Part shown: positions 33,356-42,768 of the stretch, piece by piece
How positions within the stretch are numbered: position 1 is the stretch's first letter
Layout: each line of letters opens with the position of its first letter
DNA from: Lysobacteraceae bacterium
Lineage (GTDB): Bacteria; Pseudomonadota; Gammaproteobacteria; Xanthomonadales; Xanthomonadaceae
Assembly (NCBI GenBank): GCA_035686365.1
Contig: DASRZM010000119.1
Span: forward strand, 4,211 to 68,210
DNA length: 64,000 nt
Direction: 5' to 3'
The notes under the pieces: model-generated
What the model saw: only the letters and a program-made list of their open reading frames with translations
Told to the model about the DNA's origin: nothing
Database searches by the model: none
Made by a program: the position numbers and the translations under genes

Positions 33356-34003
33356 TCAGGGCGCTGCCAGCGCCCCCGGGTCGGCGAGCTGCGTATGGAC
33401 CTGCAGGTCCTCGGGTACCGGCGCCGGCTCGTCCAGCAACGCGCGCGCCGCCTCCGAAGCACCTTCGAGCCAGATCGCGCGCTCGTCGGCGCAGAGCAGG
33501 ACACGTGGCATCCGGTCGTGCACCGCGGCGATCGCCGGAGCGGCCGCGGTCGTGACCACGGTGAACGTCTCCAGGGGCTCGCCCTCGCCGGCCCAGGTTT
33601 CCCACAGTCCTGCAAAGCACACGGCACGGCCGTTCTCCGGATGCAGGTAACGGCGTTCGCGGCGGCCGCGCGGCCCGGTCCATTCGACCCAGCCGGAAAC
33701 CGGCACCAGGCACCGGCGGCGCCTGAAGGCTGCGCGGAAGGCCGGTTTCTCGTGCACCGTTTCGGCGCGGGCATTGAAGGTGTGGCGCGCGATCGTGCGG
33801 TCCTTCGCCCACCCCGGGATCAGCCCCCAGGCGGCCTGGGCGAGTTCCGGCCCGGCGACGGTTCCGCGCAGGATCGGTGCACGCACGGTCGGGCGCACCC
33901 GCAGCGGCGCATGGAGTGCGATGGCTTCCTCCAGCATGACCTGCAGCGCATCGGCGCCTGCGTAGCGCCGCGCCTGGCTCTGCAGGAAGAACTCCGAGCA
34001 CAT
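33356..34003 (-). CDS. SOS response-associated peptidase (SRAP/YedK family)
   Basis: Only the C-terminal 215 codons of track ORF 33356..36067 are credible. They start MCSEFF (Cys-2 nucleophile) and include ..FNARAETVHEKPAFR..RCLVPVSGWVEW.. Confidence 0.82.
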   Translation of the reverse strand: MCSEFFLQSQARRYAGADALQVMLEEAIALHAPLRVRPTVRAPILRGTVAGPELAQAAWGLIPGWAKDRTIARHTFNARAETVHEKPAFRAAFRRRRCLVPVSGWVEWTGPRGRRERRYLHPENGRAVCFAGLWETWAGEGEPLETFTVVTTAAAPAIAAVHDRMPRVLLCADERAIWLEGASEAARALLDEPAPVPEDLQVHTQLADPGALAAP

Positions 34004-34008
34004 CGGAT

Positions 34009-36231
34009 TCAGCCGGTCTGCCGCGTGGTCGCGTCGGCACGGGCGAAATAGGCGTCGATCGGCATCGGTTCGTCGATTGCGAAGCCCTGGACGTAGTCGA
34101 CGCCGAGCTCGGCGCAGCGCGCGCGGATGGCTTCGGTCTCCACGTACTCGGCGATCGTCCGCTTCTCCATCACGCGCCCGATATCGGCGATCGCGCGTAC
34201 GATTGCCAGCGACGTGCGCGAGGATTCGATTTCCCTGACGAAGCTGCCATCGATCTTGTAGTAGTCCACGTCCAGGGCGTGCAGGTACGCGAATGAGCAG
34301 AAACCGGTGCCGAAGTCGTCGAGCGCGAACCGGCACCCCATCGACCGCACCGACTGGATGAAGTTCTGCGCACGCGCCAGCTCGCGCACGGCGCTGGTCT
34401 CGGTCAGCTCGAAGCAGAGCATTTCCGGGGCGATCGGGGAGTCGGCCAGCCGCCGCCGGAGAAAGCCCGCGAACTCGCCGCTCTCGACCGCGGCTGCGGT
34501 GAGGTTGATGCTGCACAGCGATATCCGTGCCGCATGCCCGGGATTGTTCTCGAGCCAGCGCAGGGTGTGGTCGAGCACGTAACGATCCAGGCGCGCGCCC
34601 AGCTTGAAGCGCTCTGCAGCCGGCACGAACTGGGTGGGCAGCATCAGCTCGCCAGTCTCGGCATCGCGCATCCGCAGCAGCACCTCGAAATGCAGTCCCG
34701 GAAGCGCATCGGCGCCCAGCGGCACGATGCTCTGGCAGAACAGTTCGAAGTGCTGGTGCTCGAGCGCATGGGACAGGCGCATGGCCCAGCGCATCGCCGC
34801 GGTGCGGTCCTCCATGCGGCTGCCTTCGAGCGACACGATCTCCACGCGGTTGCCACCGCGCTCCTTGGCGGTGAAGCAGGCGGCGTCGGCCTGTGCGAGC
34901 AGGTCGGCGAAATCCACGTCGACCGGCCGGAAGGGCACCAGGCCGATGCTGACCGTGGAGGTCAGTACGTGGCCATCGCGCGCCATGCGGAAACCCGCCA
35001 CGGCCTCGCGCAGGACGTGCGCCCGCCTGGCGGCGGCGGCGGCCTCGGTATGCCGCATGAGCAGCGCGAACTCGTCGCCGCCGATACGCGCCAGCGTGTC
35101 GTGATCGTCGACGAGGCTGGCCAGCACGCTGCTCAGCGCGGTGATCAGCTCGTCGCCGGCGGCGTGACTGGCGATGTCGTTGACCAGCTTGAACTGGTCC
35201 AGGTCCAGGTAGGCCAGCGCCATCGATTCGGAGGGATCGCCGTGCTCGACCAGGTCGCGCATCCTGTGCTCGAAGGCCTGGCGGTTGGGAAACCCGGTCA
35301 GCGGATCGGTGGTGGCGCGGCGGAGCAGGCGCAGGTTCACGACCCGGTTTTCGTACATCGCGGTGGACAGCATCTGCGGCACGATCGCCAGCACCGACAT
35401 CATCGCCAGCAGGATCGCGCTCTCGAGCAGGCTGCCGGGCGGATGGAAACCCACCAGCCCGAGCCCCGCGACCATGGTCATGAACACCGCCAGCACGGCG
35501 GTGGACAGGTGGGTGAGGATCGGTTCGAAGCGCAGCGCGCTCCACAGCAGCAGCCCCATCGGCAGGCTGGCCAGGCCGATCGCGTAGGGACGGCTGTGGC
35601 CGCCGATGCTCAGAACGGCGGCCAGCGACAGGCACATGACGGCGAACCAGGCGGCCTTCTCGCTCCAGTCGGCGTACTCGATGGGAAGACGTTGCCTGGG
35701 GCCCTCCAGCGCGGCCGCCACCAGCAGCACCGACGGCGCGATCACGATCAGGCCGAACAGGTCGCCCATTGCCCACTTGGCGAAGGCCGCCGGCACCGCG
35801 GTCATCGTGATCATCCCCGAGTGCGCGAGCCCGGCGACCCCGATGGCGGCCGTGATCGACACCATCACCAGGCCTGCGGCCAGCATCACCAGGCCATTGC
35901 GCACCGTGAGCGCGTGCATGAGGTCGGGCGCCGCGCGCCGCGCCAGCACCGCACCGGCCACGGCGCCGAGCACGTTGCCTGCCGCCGAGTACGGGACGAA
36001 CAGTAACGGCACCGATTCCAATCCCAGGTGCACGGTCACCACGCCCACGGCGATGAACGGCCACCATCGCGGGCCGTACACGATCAGAGCGCCGAAGGCG
36101 ATTCCTGCCGGCGGCCAGATCAGCGTCACCTGGTCGGGGCTTTCGATGAAAAACGTGGCCAGGTGGCCGCCGGCGACATACAGGGCGACCAGGACGACGA
36201 AGCGGATCGCGGCGGCCGCCGGGGTGTTCAC
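34009..36231 (-). CDS. MASE1-GGDEF-EAL signalling protein (c-di-GMP turnover)
   Basis: Polytopic N-terminus. RIGGDEFALL (intact GGDEF). FEVLLRMRD, ELTETSAV, DDFGTGF (EAL domain). GTG 36231 was chosen because the upstream ATG would overlap the DUF2784 gene. Confidence 0.85.
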   Translation of the reverse strand: MNTPAAAAIRFVVLVALYVAGGHLATFFIESPDQVTLIWPPAGIAFGALIVYGPRWWPFIAVGVVTVHLGLESVPLLFVPYSAAGNVLGAVAGAVLARRAAPDLMHALTVRNGLVMLAAGLVMVSITAAIGVAGLAHSGMITMTAVPAAFAKWAMGDLFGLIVIAPSVLLVAAALEGPRQRLPIEYADWSEKAAWFAVMCLSLAAVLSIGGHSRPYAIGLASLPMGLLLWSALRFEPILTHLSTAVLAVFMTMVAGLGLVGFHPPGSLLESAILLAMMSVLAIVPQMLSTAMYENRVVNLRLLRRATTDPLTGFPNRQAFEHRMRDLVEHGDPSESMALAYLDLDQFKLVNDIASHAAGDELITALSSVLASLVDDHDTLARIGGDEFALLMRHTEAAAAARRAHVLREAVAGFRMARDGHVLTSTVSIGLVPFRPVDVDFADLLAQADAACFTAKERGGNRVEIVSLEGSRMEDRTAAMRWAMRLSHALEHQHFELFCQSIVPLGADALPGLHFEVLLRMRDAETGELMLPTQFVPAAERFKLGARLDRYVLDHTLRWLENNPGHAARISLCSINLTAAAVESGEFAGFLRRRLADSPIAPEMLCFELTETSAVRELARAQNFIQSVRSMGCRFALDDFGTGFCSFAYLHALDVDYYKIDGSFVREIESSRTSLAIVRAIADIGRVMEKRTIAEYVETEAIRARCAELGVDYVQGFAIDEPMPIDAYFARADATTRQTG

Positions 36232-36265
36232 TGTCCGAGTGTAACCCGCAGCGGCGAACCGCGGA

Positions 36266-36715
36266 TCAGCGCCGCTTGCCGGCTGTCGCTGGGTTGCCGC
36301 CGCGCTGCGGCGGGACGAAGAACCAGGTGGCCAGCACCAGCAGTGCGAAGCCCGAGTAGGCGGCCACGAACGCCCAGGCGGGTGCTTCGATGTAGAGCCA
36401 CCGGGCCAGGACATCTTCGATGAATCCGCCCTGGTAACCGGCATCGCCGGCATGGCGGCGAAGCGCCTGTTCCCACTCGGTCAGGGGGCACAGCGCACCC
36501 AGCCACGCCTGCACGGCCACGAACAGCATCAGTCCCAGGTGCGCCAGGCGCAGCCAGAACCGGCGGACCCAGCGCCAGCCGAAGGCGCCGCCGGCCAGGA
36601 ATGCGAACTCGCCGAGCACGACGAACGCCACGATTCCGACGTGGAGGACCACGAGCGCCTCGGCGAGCGAGGCCGCCGTGGCCGGTTCGAGCTGCGAGAC
36701 CATTGCCGCGATCAT
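36266..36715 (-). CDS. DUF2784 domain-containing membrane protein
   Basis: MIAAMVSQLEPATAASLAEALVVLHVGIVAFVVLG...CPLTEWE... The start is uncertain; ATGs at 36757, 36715 and 36703 are all in frame. Confidence 0.55.
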   Translation of the reverse strand: MIAAMVSQLEPATAASLAEALVVLHVGIVAFVVLGEFAFLAGGAFGWRWVRRFWLRLAHLGLMLFVAVQAWLGALCPLTEWEQALRRHAGDAGYQGGFIEDVLARWLYIEAPAWAFVAAYSGFALLVLATWFFVPPQRGGNPATAGKRR

Positions 36716-36725
36716 CGGCCCCAGC

Positions 36726-36891
36726 CTAGTGCCGTGTCCCGGAAGTATCTCACCCATCTCGCTTGGTCTTCGGCCCCGATCCTGCGTTGCTCGTCGTCGC
36801 CATAGCGCTGCTATGACTTCTCCTCGCGCCTTGTCTCGGGACCGAATCCGCGGCGCGATCCGGGCAAGATACCTCCGGGACACGACACTAG
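36726..36891. repeat. 166-bp imperfect palindrome (25-bp terminal inverted repeats plus a concentric central palindrome)
   Basis: ctagtgccgtgtcccggaagtatct (36726-36750) versus the reverse complement of 36867-36891 matches 23 of 25. The central palindrome catagcgctgctatg (36801-36815) is exactly concentric. The inner arms partly match (ttcggccccga / ttcggtcccga). Confidence 0.8.
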
Positions 36892-37059
36892 CCGTTCGCG
36901 GCCCATCGCGCGGGCCGCGCGGGACTTTCGCGCCGAGGCATTCTTGGGTACCGTGCACACCCCGCGGCCGGGGCAGGCCCGGCGCCGGTCCCGGTGGGGC
37001 CCAGGCGCTGCGTGCATGGCCGCACTGCCCCTGCCCGACACACGGAGTAGCTTCGACCG

Positions 37060-37560
37060 ATGTCCCGACGTTTCCAGATGCGCCGGTCCCCGATCCATGG
37101 CCGGGGCGTGTTTGCAGTGACCGACATTCCCGCCGACGAGCGCCTGGTCGAGTACACCGGCCGGCTGCTGACCCATGCGCAGGCCGACCGCGCGTACGGC
37201 GAGCTGCCCGACGATGGGCATACCTTCCTGTTCACGCTGAACGACCACTACGTGATCGACGCCAACGTCGGTGGCAACACCGCGCGCTGGATCAACCACA
37301 GCTGCGATCCGAATTGCCAGGCGGTCCTCGAGGAGGACGAGGACGGCGATCCGTGCGCCGACCAGGTGTTCATCGAGACCCTGCGTCCGGTCCGGGCGGG
37401 GGAGGAGTTGACCTACGACTACGGCATCGTGCTCGACGAGCCGCACACGGCGGAAAAGAAGCGGATCTGGACCTGCCACTGCGGCGCCCGTGCCTGCACC
37501 GGCACCATGCTCAAGCCCAAGCGCAAGCCCAAGCGCAAGCGCAAGCCCAAGCGCCGCTGA
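37060..37560 (+). CDS. SET-domain protein-lysine methyltransferase with post-SET Cys motif and basic KPKR-repeat tail
   Basis: IHGRGVFAVTDIPADERLVEYTG, ARWINHSCDPNC, GEELTYDY, post-SET CHCGARAC, C-terminus KPKRKPKRKRKPKRR. Confidence 0.85.
   Translation: MSRRFQMRRSPIHGRGVFAVTDIPADERLVEYTGRLLTHAQADRAYGELPDDGHTFLFTLNDHYVIDANVGGNTARWINHSCDPNCQAVLEEDEDGDPCADQVFIETLRPVRAGEELTYDYGIVLDEPHTAEKKRIWTCHCGARACTGTMLKPKRKPKRKRKPKRR
37513..37554 (+). repeat. In-frame 12-nt coding tandem repeat (AAGCCCAAGCGC)
   Basis: aagcccaagcgc aagcccaagcgc aagcgc aagcccaagcgc encodes the KPKR tail of the SET protein. Confidence 0.95.
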
Positions 37561-37568
37561 ACCGACAT

Positions 37569-37813
37569 GGATGCCAGATCCGCTCGGTAGGCCGGACCGC
37601 GAGGCGGTGACGGTTTCCGGGGCCGCCGCGGGTGTATCCCTGTAGGCTGCGGACGCGCCATCCCTGGCGCGTACGCCCCCGGAAACCGTCCCGCCCCGCG
37701 GTCCTCCCGCTTCCGTTTCGTATCGTCGTCCCCCTGTAGGAGCCGGCGTTGCCGGCGATGTGCACTGCGACAACACCCGCCAATGCGCGTGGGAGCAGCC
37801 CATCGCCGCGATC
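37569..37813 (+). repeat. REP mosaic copy C
   Basis: Same module order as copy B. The last module is degenerate (gtgggagcagcccatcgccgcgatc). It starts 9 nt after the SET stop. Confidence 0.9.
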
Positions 37814-37897
37814 GGCGCACCATCCGGCGCCGGCCGGGCACGCCCCGCACGCCCGTGCGCCCCTACACTGGCACCCTGCCACCGGCCCGCGCGCGCA

Positions 37898-38971
37898 ATG
37901 CGCAAGATCCTCCACGTCGACATGGATGCGTTCTACGCTTCGGTCGAGCAGCGCGACGATCCCGCGCTGCGCGGCCGGCCCGTGGTCGTTGCCTGGCGCG
38001 GGCCGCGCTCGGTGGTCTGCGCGGCCTCCTACGAGGCGCGCCGGTCCGGCGTGCGCTCGGCGATGCCGGCGGTGCGGGCCGAGCGGCTGTGCCCGGACGC
38101 GGTGTTCGTGGCGCCGGACTTTGCCCGATACCGGGCGGTTTCGCGCCAGATCCGCGGGATCTTCGGGCGCCACACCGAGCTGATCGAGCCGCTGTCGCTC
38201 GACGAGGCCTACCTGGATGTCACCTGCAATGCGACCGGGCTGCCGAGCGCCACCGCCGTGGCGCAGGCGATCCGCGAGCAGATCCGCGAGGAGACCGGGC
38301 TGACCGCCTCGGCGGGGGTGGCACCCAACAAGTTCCTGGCCAAGATCGCCTCGGACTGGCGCAAGCCCGACGGCCTGTTCGTGATCCGGCCGCACCAGGT
38401 CGAGGCGTTCCTGGCGCCGTTGCCGGTCGGACGGATCCACGGCGTTGGCAAGGTCATGGAGCGCAGGCTGGCCGAGTTGGGTGTGCGGACGGTCGGCGAC
38501 CTGCGCAGCTGCGGCCGCAGCTTCCTCGAGGGGCAGTTTGGAAGCTGGGGAGGGCGGCTCCACGAGTTGTCGCTGGGCATCGACGAGCGTCCGGTGGAGC
38601 CGTGGCGCCCGGTGCAGTCGGTGTCGGCCGAGGACACCTTCGAACACGATCTGGGCCTGGCGGAGCTGGAACCTGCAATCCGCCGCCTGGCTGCGAAAAC
38701 CTGGGAGGCAGCCCGGCGCACCCCGCGGGTCGGTCGCACCGTCGTGCTCAAGCTCAAGACGCGCCAGTTCCGGTTGCTCACGCGCAGCCACACGCCACCG
38801 ACGCCACCCGGATCCGGCGAGGCGCTCACGGCGATCGCCCTGGGCCTGCGCGAGCGGGTCGGGTTGCCGGCGCGGACGCTGTACCGCCTCGCCGGCGTGG
38901 GGCTGGCCAACTTCGCCGACGCCGACCGCGTGCAGGAGCAGTCGCCACTGTTCGATCGCCCCGACCCGTGA
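37898..38971 (+). CDS. dinB: DNA polymerase IV
   Basis: Internal start MRKILHVDMDAFYASVEQRDDPALRGRPVVV...SLDEAYLDVT. Confidence 0.92.
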   Translation: MRKILHVDMDAFYASVEQRDDPALRGRPVVVAWRGPRSVVCAASYEARRSGVRSAMPAVRAERLCPDAVFVAPDFARYRAVSRQIRGIFGRHTELIEPLSLDEAYLDVTCNATGLPSATAVAQAIREQIREETGLTASAGVAPNKFLAKIASDWRKPDGLFVIRPHQVEAFLAPLPVGRIHGVGKVMERRLAELGVRTVGDLRSCGRSFLEGQFGSWGGRLHELSLGIDERPVEPWRPVQSVSAEDTFEHDLGLAELEPAIRRLAAKTWEAARRTPRVGRTVVLKLKTRQFRLLTRSHTPPTPPGSGEALTAIALGLRERVGLPARTLYRLAGVGLANFADADRVQEQSPLFDRPDP

Positions 38972-39071
38972 TGCGGGCGCGATGGTGGCGCCGACCATGG
39001 CCTCTCGCGGTCGTGCCTCCACGCGAGTATCTTTGGGGCCCGCACAGTCGCCGCACCCTGGGGAGGGGACC

Positions 39072-40430
39072 ATGGCTCGCGAGAAGGTACCGACGCTCGA
39101 AACGTTCGTGGACGGTGTGGAGAAACGCAATCCGGGTCAGCCGGAGTTCGTGCAGGCGGTCAAGGAAGTGGCCGAAAGCGTGCTCGAATACATCCGCGAG
39201 CACCCCAAGTACCACGAGCACCAGATCCTCGAGCGCCTGGCCGAGCCCGACCGGGTGATCTCCTTCCGCGTGTGCTGGCACGACGACGAGGGCAACGTCC
39301 GCGTCAACCGCGGCTACCGCATCCAGAACAACAACGCGATCGGGCCCTACAAGGGCGGCATCCGCTTCCATCCGACCGTCAACCAGGGCGTGCTGAAGTT
39401 CCTGGCCTTCGAGCAGACCTTCAAGAATGCGCTCACGGGGCTGCCGATGGGGGGCGCCAAGGGCGGCGCCAATCTGGATCCCAAGGGCAAGTCCGACGCC
39501 GAGATCATGCGTTTCTGCCAGGCCTTCATGTCGGAGCTGTACCGGCACCTGGGCGAGGACACCGACGTACCCGCCGGCGATATCGGCGTGGGCGGCCGAG
39601 AGATCGGCTACATGTTCGGACAGTACAAGCGCATCACCAACCGCTATGTCGGTGTGCTGACCGGCAAGGGCCTGGAGTTCGGCGGCAGCCCGATCCGCGT
39701 CGAGGCCACCGGCTACGGCGCGGTGTACTTCATGGAGGACATGCTCAAGCGCCGCGACCGCCGCATCGAAGGGCAGGTCTGCCTGGTTTCCGGATCGGGC
39801 AACGTCGCCCAGCACGCGGTCGAGAAGATCCTGCACCTGGGCGGCAAGCCGGTCACCCTGAGCGATTCGACCGGCTTCATCCACGACAGCAACGGCATCG
39901 ACGAGGAAAAGCTGGCCTGGGTGAAGGAGCTGAAGAACCGGCGCCGCGGCCGCATCGCCGAGTACGCCGAAAAGTTCGGCGCCGAGTTCCACGCCGACAA
40001 GGGGCCGTGGGGCGTTCCGGGGCACCTGGCCTTCCCCTGTGCCACGCAGAACGAGATCAGCGGCGACGACGCCCGCACCATGCTGGAGAACGGGGTGTAT
40101 GGCGTGTCCGAAGGCGCCAACATGCCCTCGGAGCTCGAGGCCGTGCACCTGTTCCAGGCCGCCCGGATCTTCTTCGCCCCGGGCAAGGCCGCCAACGCCG
40201 GTGGCGTGGCCGTATCCGGCCTGGAGATGAGCCAGAACTCGGCGCGCATCACCTGGAAGGAGCCGGAGCTGCAGCGGCTGCTGCGCGACATCATCCAGGA
40301 GATCCATGACCGCTGCGTACGCTACGGCAGCGACGAGGGCGACGACGGCTACATCGACTACGTCAAGGGCGCCAACATCGGCGGTTTCGTCAAGGTCGCC
40401 GATGCGATGATCGCGCAGGGCGTGGTATAG
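39072..40430 (+). CDS. gdhA: NADP-specific glutamate dehydrogenase
   Basis: Preceded by a GGGAGGGG Shine-Dalgarno sequence. KGGIRFHP, LPMGGAKGG, GSGNVAQ. Confidence 0.95.
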   Translation: MAREKVPTLETFVDGVEKRNPGQPEFVQAVKEVAESVLEYIREHPKYHEHQILERLAEPDRVISFRVCWHDDEGNVRVNRGYRIQNNNAIGPYKGGIRFHPTVNQGVLKFLAFEQTFKNALTGLPMGGAKGGANLDPKGKSDAEIMRFCQAFMSELYRHLGEDTDVPAGDIGVGGREIGYMFGQYKRITNRYVGVLTGKGLEFGGSPIRVEATGYGAVYFMEDMLKRRDRRIEGQVCLVSGSGNVAQHAVEKILHLGGKPVTLSDSTGFIHDSNGIDEEKLAWVKELKNRRRGRIAEYAEKFGAEFHADKGPWGVPGHLAFPCATQNEISGDDARTMLENGVYGVSEGANMPSELEAVHLFQAARIFFAPGKAANAGGVAVSGLEMSQNSARITWKEPELQRLLRDIIQEIHDRCVRYGSDEGDDGYIDYVKGANIGGFVKVADAMIAQGVV

Positions 40431-40433
40431 GGC

Positions 40434-42479
40434 TCAGTCTTCCTCGGCCTTGGGCCGCCACGACTCGGTGAGCTGCCTCTGCACCTGGGGCGGTACCGGC
40501 TCGTAGTGGCTGAACTCGATCGTGTAGCGGCCCTGGCCACCGGTCATGGCCTTGAGCTCGTTGCTGTAGTCGGCGATCTCCGCCAGCGGGATCTGCGCCT
40601 TGACGACGATCTCGCCGCCGCGCCTGGAGTCGGTGCCGTTGATGCGCGCGCGCTTCGACGCCAGGCCGCCGGTAATGTCGCCCATGTACTGGTCCGGCAC
40701 CGATACATCGACGTTCACGATCGGCTCCAGTACCAGCGGCCGTGCCTTGCCCACGGCGTCCAGGAAGGCCTTCTTGCCGGCGGTGATGAAGGCCACCTCC
40801 TTGGAGTCGACCGGGTGGGTCTTGCCGTCGTAGACGATCACGCGCACATCCTGCATGTGGTAACCGGCCAGCGCCCCGGTGTCGAGCACCTGACGCACGC
40901 CCTTCTCCACGGCCGGAATGAACTGGTTCGGGATGGTGCCGCCCTTGACCTCGTCGACGAATTCGAAGCCGGTGCCGCGCGGCAGCGGCTCCACGCGCAG
41001 GAACACCTCGCCGAACTGGCCGGCGCCGCCGGTCTGTTTCTTGTGGCGGTGGTGGTCATCGGCGCGGGAGGAGATGGTTTCGCGATACGCGATCCTGGGC
41101 GGCCGGGAGACGACCTCGACGCCGTAGCGGTCGTTGAGGCGTTCCAGGGTCACTTTCAGGTGCAGTTCCCCGAGGCCGCGGATGACCGATTCGTTGAGCT
41201 CCATGTTGTGCTCCATGCGCAGGCACGGATCCTCCTCTCCCAACCGCGCCAGACCGTTGCCCAGCTTCTGCTCCTGGCCCTTGTGCCGGGGCTCGATGGC
41301 CAGACCGAACATGGGCTGCGGGAAATCGATCGGCTTGAGCCGGATCTCGTCCTCGGCGTGGCTGTCGTGCAGCACCGCGTCGAAGTGGATGTCCTCCACC
41401 TTGGCCACCGCCGCGATGTCGCCCGGGATGGCATCGTCGATCTCGATGTGGTCCTTGCCGCGCAACCGGAACAGGTGGCCGACCTTGAACGGCTTCTTGC
41501 CGTCATCGATGTACAGCTGGGTATCCCTGCGCACCGTGCCCTGGTAGATGCGGAAGATGCTCAGCTTGCCGACGAAGGGGTCGTTGACGATCTTGAAGAC
41601 GTCGGCCACGACGTGACGCGAGGGATCGGGCACCGATTCGAAGTGCGCGCCGCTGGAGCCCTTGAGGAACGGCGGCGGATTGGCCTCGGCGGGATTGGGC
41701 AGCAGCTTCTCGAACAGCCCCGTCAGTTCGGCCACGCCGGTGCCGGTGCGTGCCGAGACGAAGCAGATCGGCACCAGGTGGCCCTCGCGCAGGCACTGCT
41801 CGAAGGCGTCGTGCAGCTCCTGTCCCGAAAGGGCCGCTTCACCCTCCTCCAGGTAATGGCCCATGACGTCTTCGTTGACTTCCACGACCTGGTCGATGAT
41901 GCGCTGGTGCGCCTCGGAGACCGGCCCCAGGTCGGAGTCGCCGTCGGTGTTGAAGAAGCAGTCGATGACCCGGGTGCCGCCGTCGGCAGGCAGGTTGATC
42001 GGAAGACATTCGGTGCCGAAGGCTTCGCGCAACTGCTCGACCAGGGCGCCGATGTCCACGCCTTCGTGGTCGATCTTGTTGACGACGAGCATCCTGCACA
42101 GGCGCCTGGCCCTGGCGTAGTCCATCATGCGCTGGGTCGTGTGTTCGATGCCGTTGGCGGCATTGACCACCACTGCGCAGGTTTCCACCGCCGCCAGCGC
42201 CGAAAGCGTGGGACCGCGGAAGTCCGGGTAGCCGGGGGTGTCGATCAGGTTGACGTGGACCCCGCCGTGGTCGATCGAGGCGATCGTGGAGTTGATGGAG
42301 TGGCCGCGTTGCCGCTCCATCGGGTCGAAGTCCGAGACGGTGTTGCCGCGCTCGATGTTTCCGGCTGTCTGGATCTCGCCGCCGGCAAGCAGCAGGGCCT
42401 CGAACAGCGTGGTCTTGCCGGCGGCGGCGTGGCCCACCAGTGCCACGTTGCGGATGTCCTGTGTGCTGTAGTTGGGCAT
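40434..42479 (-). CDS. Elongation factor G paralog (EF-G-like GTPase)
   Basis: Internal start MPNYSTQDIRNVALVGHAAAGKTTLFEALL, DTPGYPDF, VNKIDHEG. EF-G domains II-V are present (681 aa). Confidence 0.85.
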   Translation of the reverse strand: MPNYSTQDIRNVALVGHAAAGKTTLFEALLLAGGEIQTAGNIERGNTVSDFDPMERQRGHSINSTIASIDHGGVHVNLIDTPGYPDFRGPTLSALAAVETCAVVVNAANGIEHTTQRMMDYARARRLCRMLVVNKIDHEGVDIGALVEQLREAFGTECLPINLPADGGTRVIDCFFNTDGDSDLGPVSEAHQRIIDQVVEVNEDVMGHYLEEGEAALSGQELHDAFEQCLREGHLVPICFVSARTGTGVAELTGLFEKLLPNPAEANPPPFLKGSSGAHFESVPDPSRHVVADVFKIVNDPFVGKLSIFRIYQGTVRRDTQLYIDDGKKPFKVGHLFRLRGKDHIEIDDAIPGDIAAVAKVEDIHFDAVLHDSHAEDEIRLKPIDFPQPMFGLAIEPRHKGQEQKLGNGLARLGEEDPCLRMEHNMELNESVIRGLGELHLKVTLERLNDRYGVEVVSRPPRIAYRETISSRADDHHRHKKQTGGAGQFGEVFLRVEPLPRGTGFEFVDEVKGGTIPNQFIPAVEKGVRQVLDTGALAGYHMQDVRVIVYDGKTHPVDSKEVAFITAGKKAFLDAVGKARPLVLEPIVNVDVSVPDQYMGDITGGLASKRARINGTDSRRGGEIVVKAQIPLAEIADYSNELKAMTGGQGRYTIEFSHYEPVPPQVQRQLTESWRPKAEED

Positions 42480-42726
42480 CGGTGCGCTCCTTCCCTTTGC
42501 CGCAACCGGCGGGATGCATCCGTCGGCCGCAGTCAATGCGAATCGGACGCCATGCCCGTCGCCGGAGCGCACTGCCTTGGGCGCTTCGAGTGCGCCGCAG
42601 GCGGTCATGGCGTGACGGACGGGTCCTCCCGGACCGGGTGCCGTCCCGGGGATAGCCTTCCACCGCGGCACGTGACGGTCAAGCCGAGCAGCCAGGATCT
42701 CCGGATTCACGGCGCGCTGTCGTCGT

Positions 42727-42744
42727 GGCGGAAACAATTCCGCC
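42727..42744. promoter_or_regulatory. Inverted repeat GGCGGAA-N4-TTCCGCC upstream of osmC
   Basis: Perfect 7-bp arms, ending 25 nt before the osmC ATG. Its function is unknown. Confidence 0.25.
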
Positions 42745-42768
42745 GCATTCCCGACGAGGAGGACGACC

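Noticed and set aside
37814-37897. LexA/SOS boxes upstream of dinB, and likewise upstream of ssb (60979-61219) and the SRAP gene.
   Set aside because: No TTAG-N6-TACTA-like (Xanthomonad type) or CTGT-N8-ACAG motif was found on reading these spacers. The dinB upstream region is occupied by mosaic copy C.
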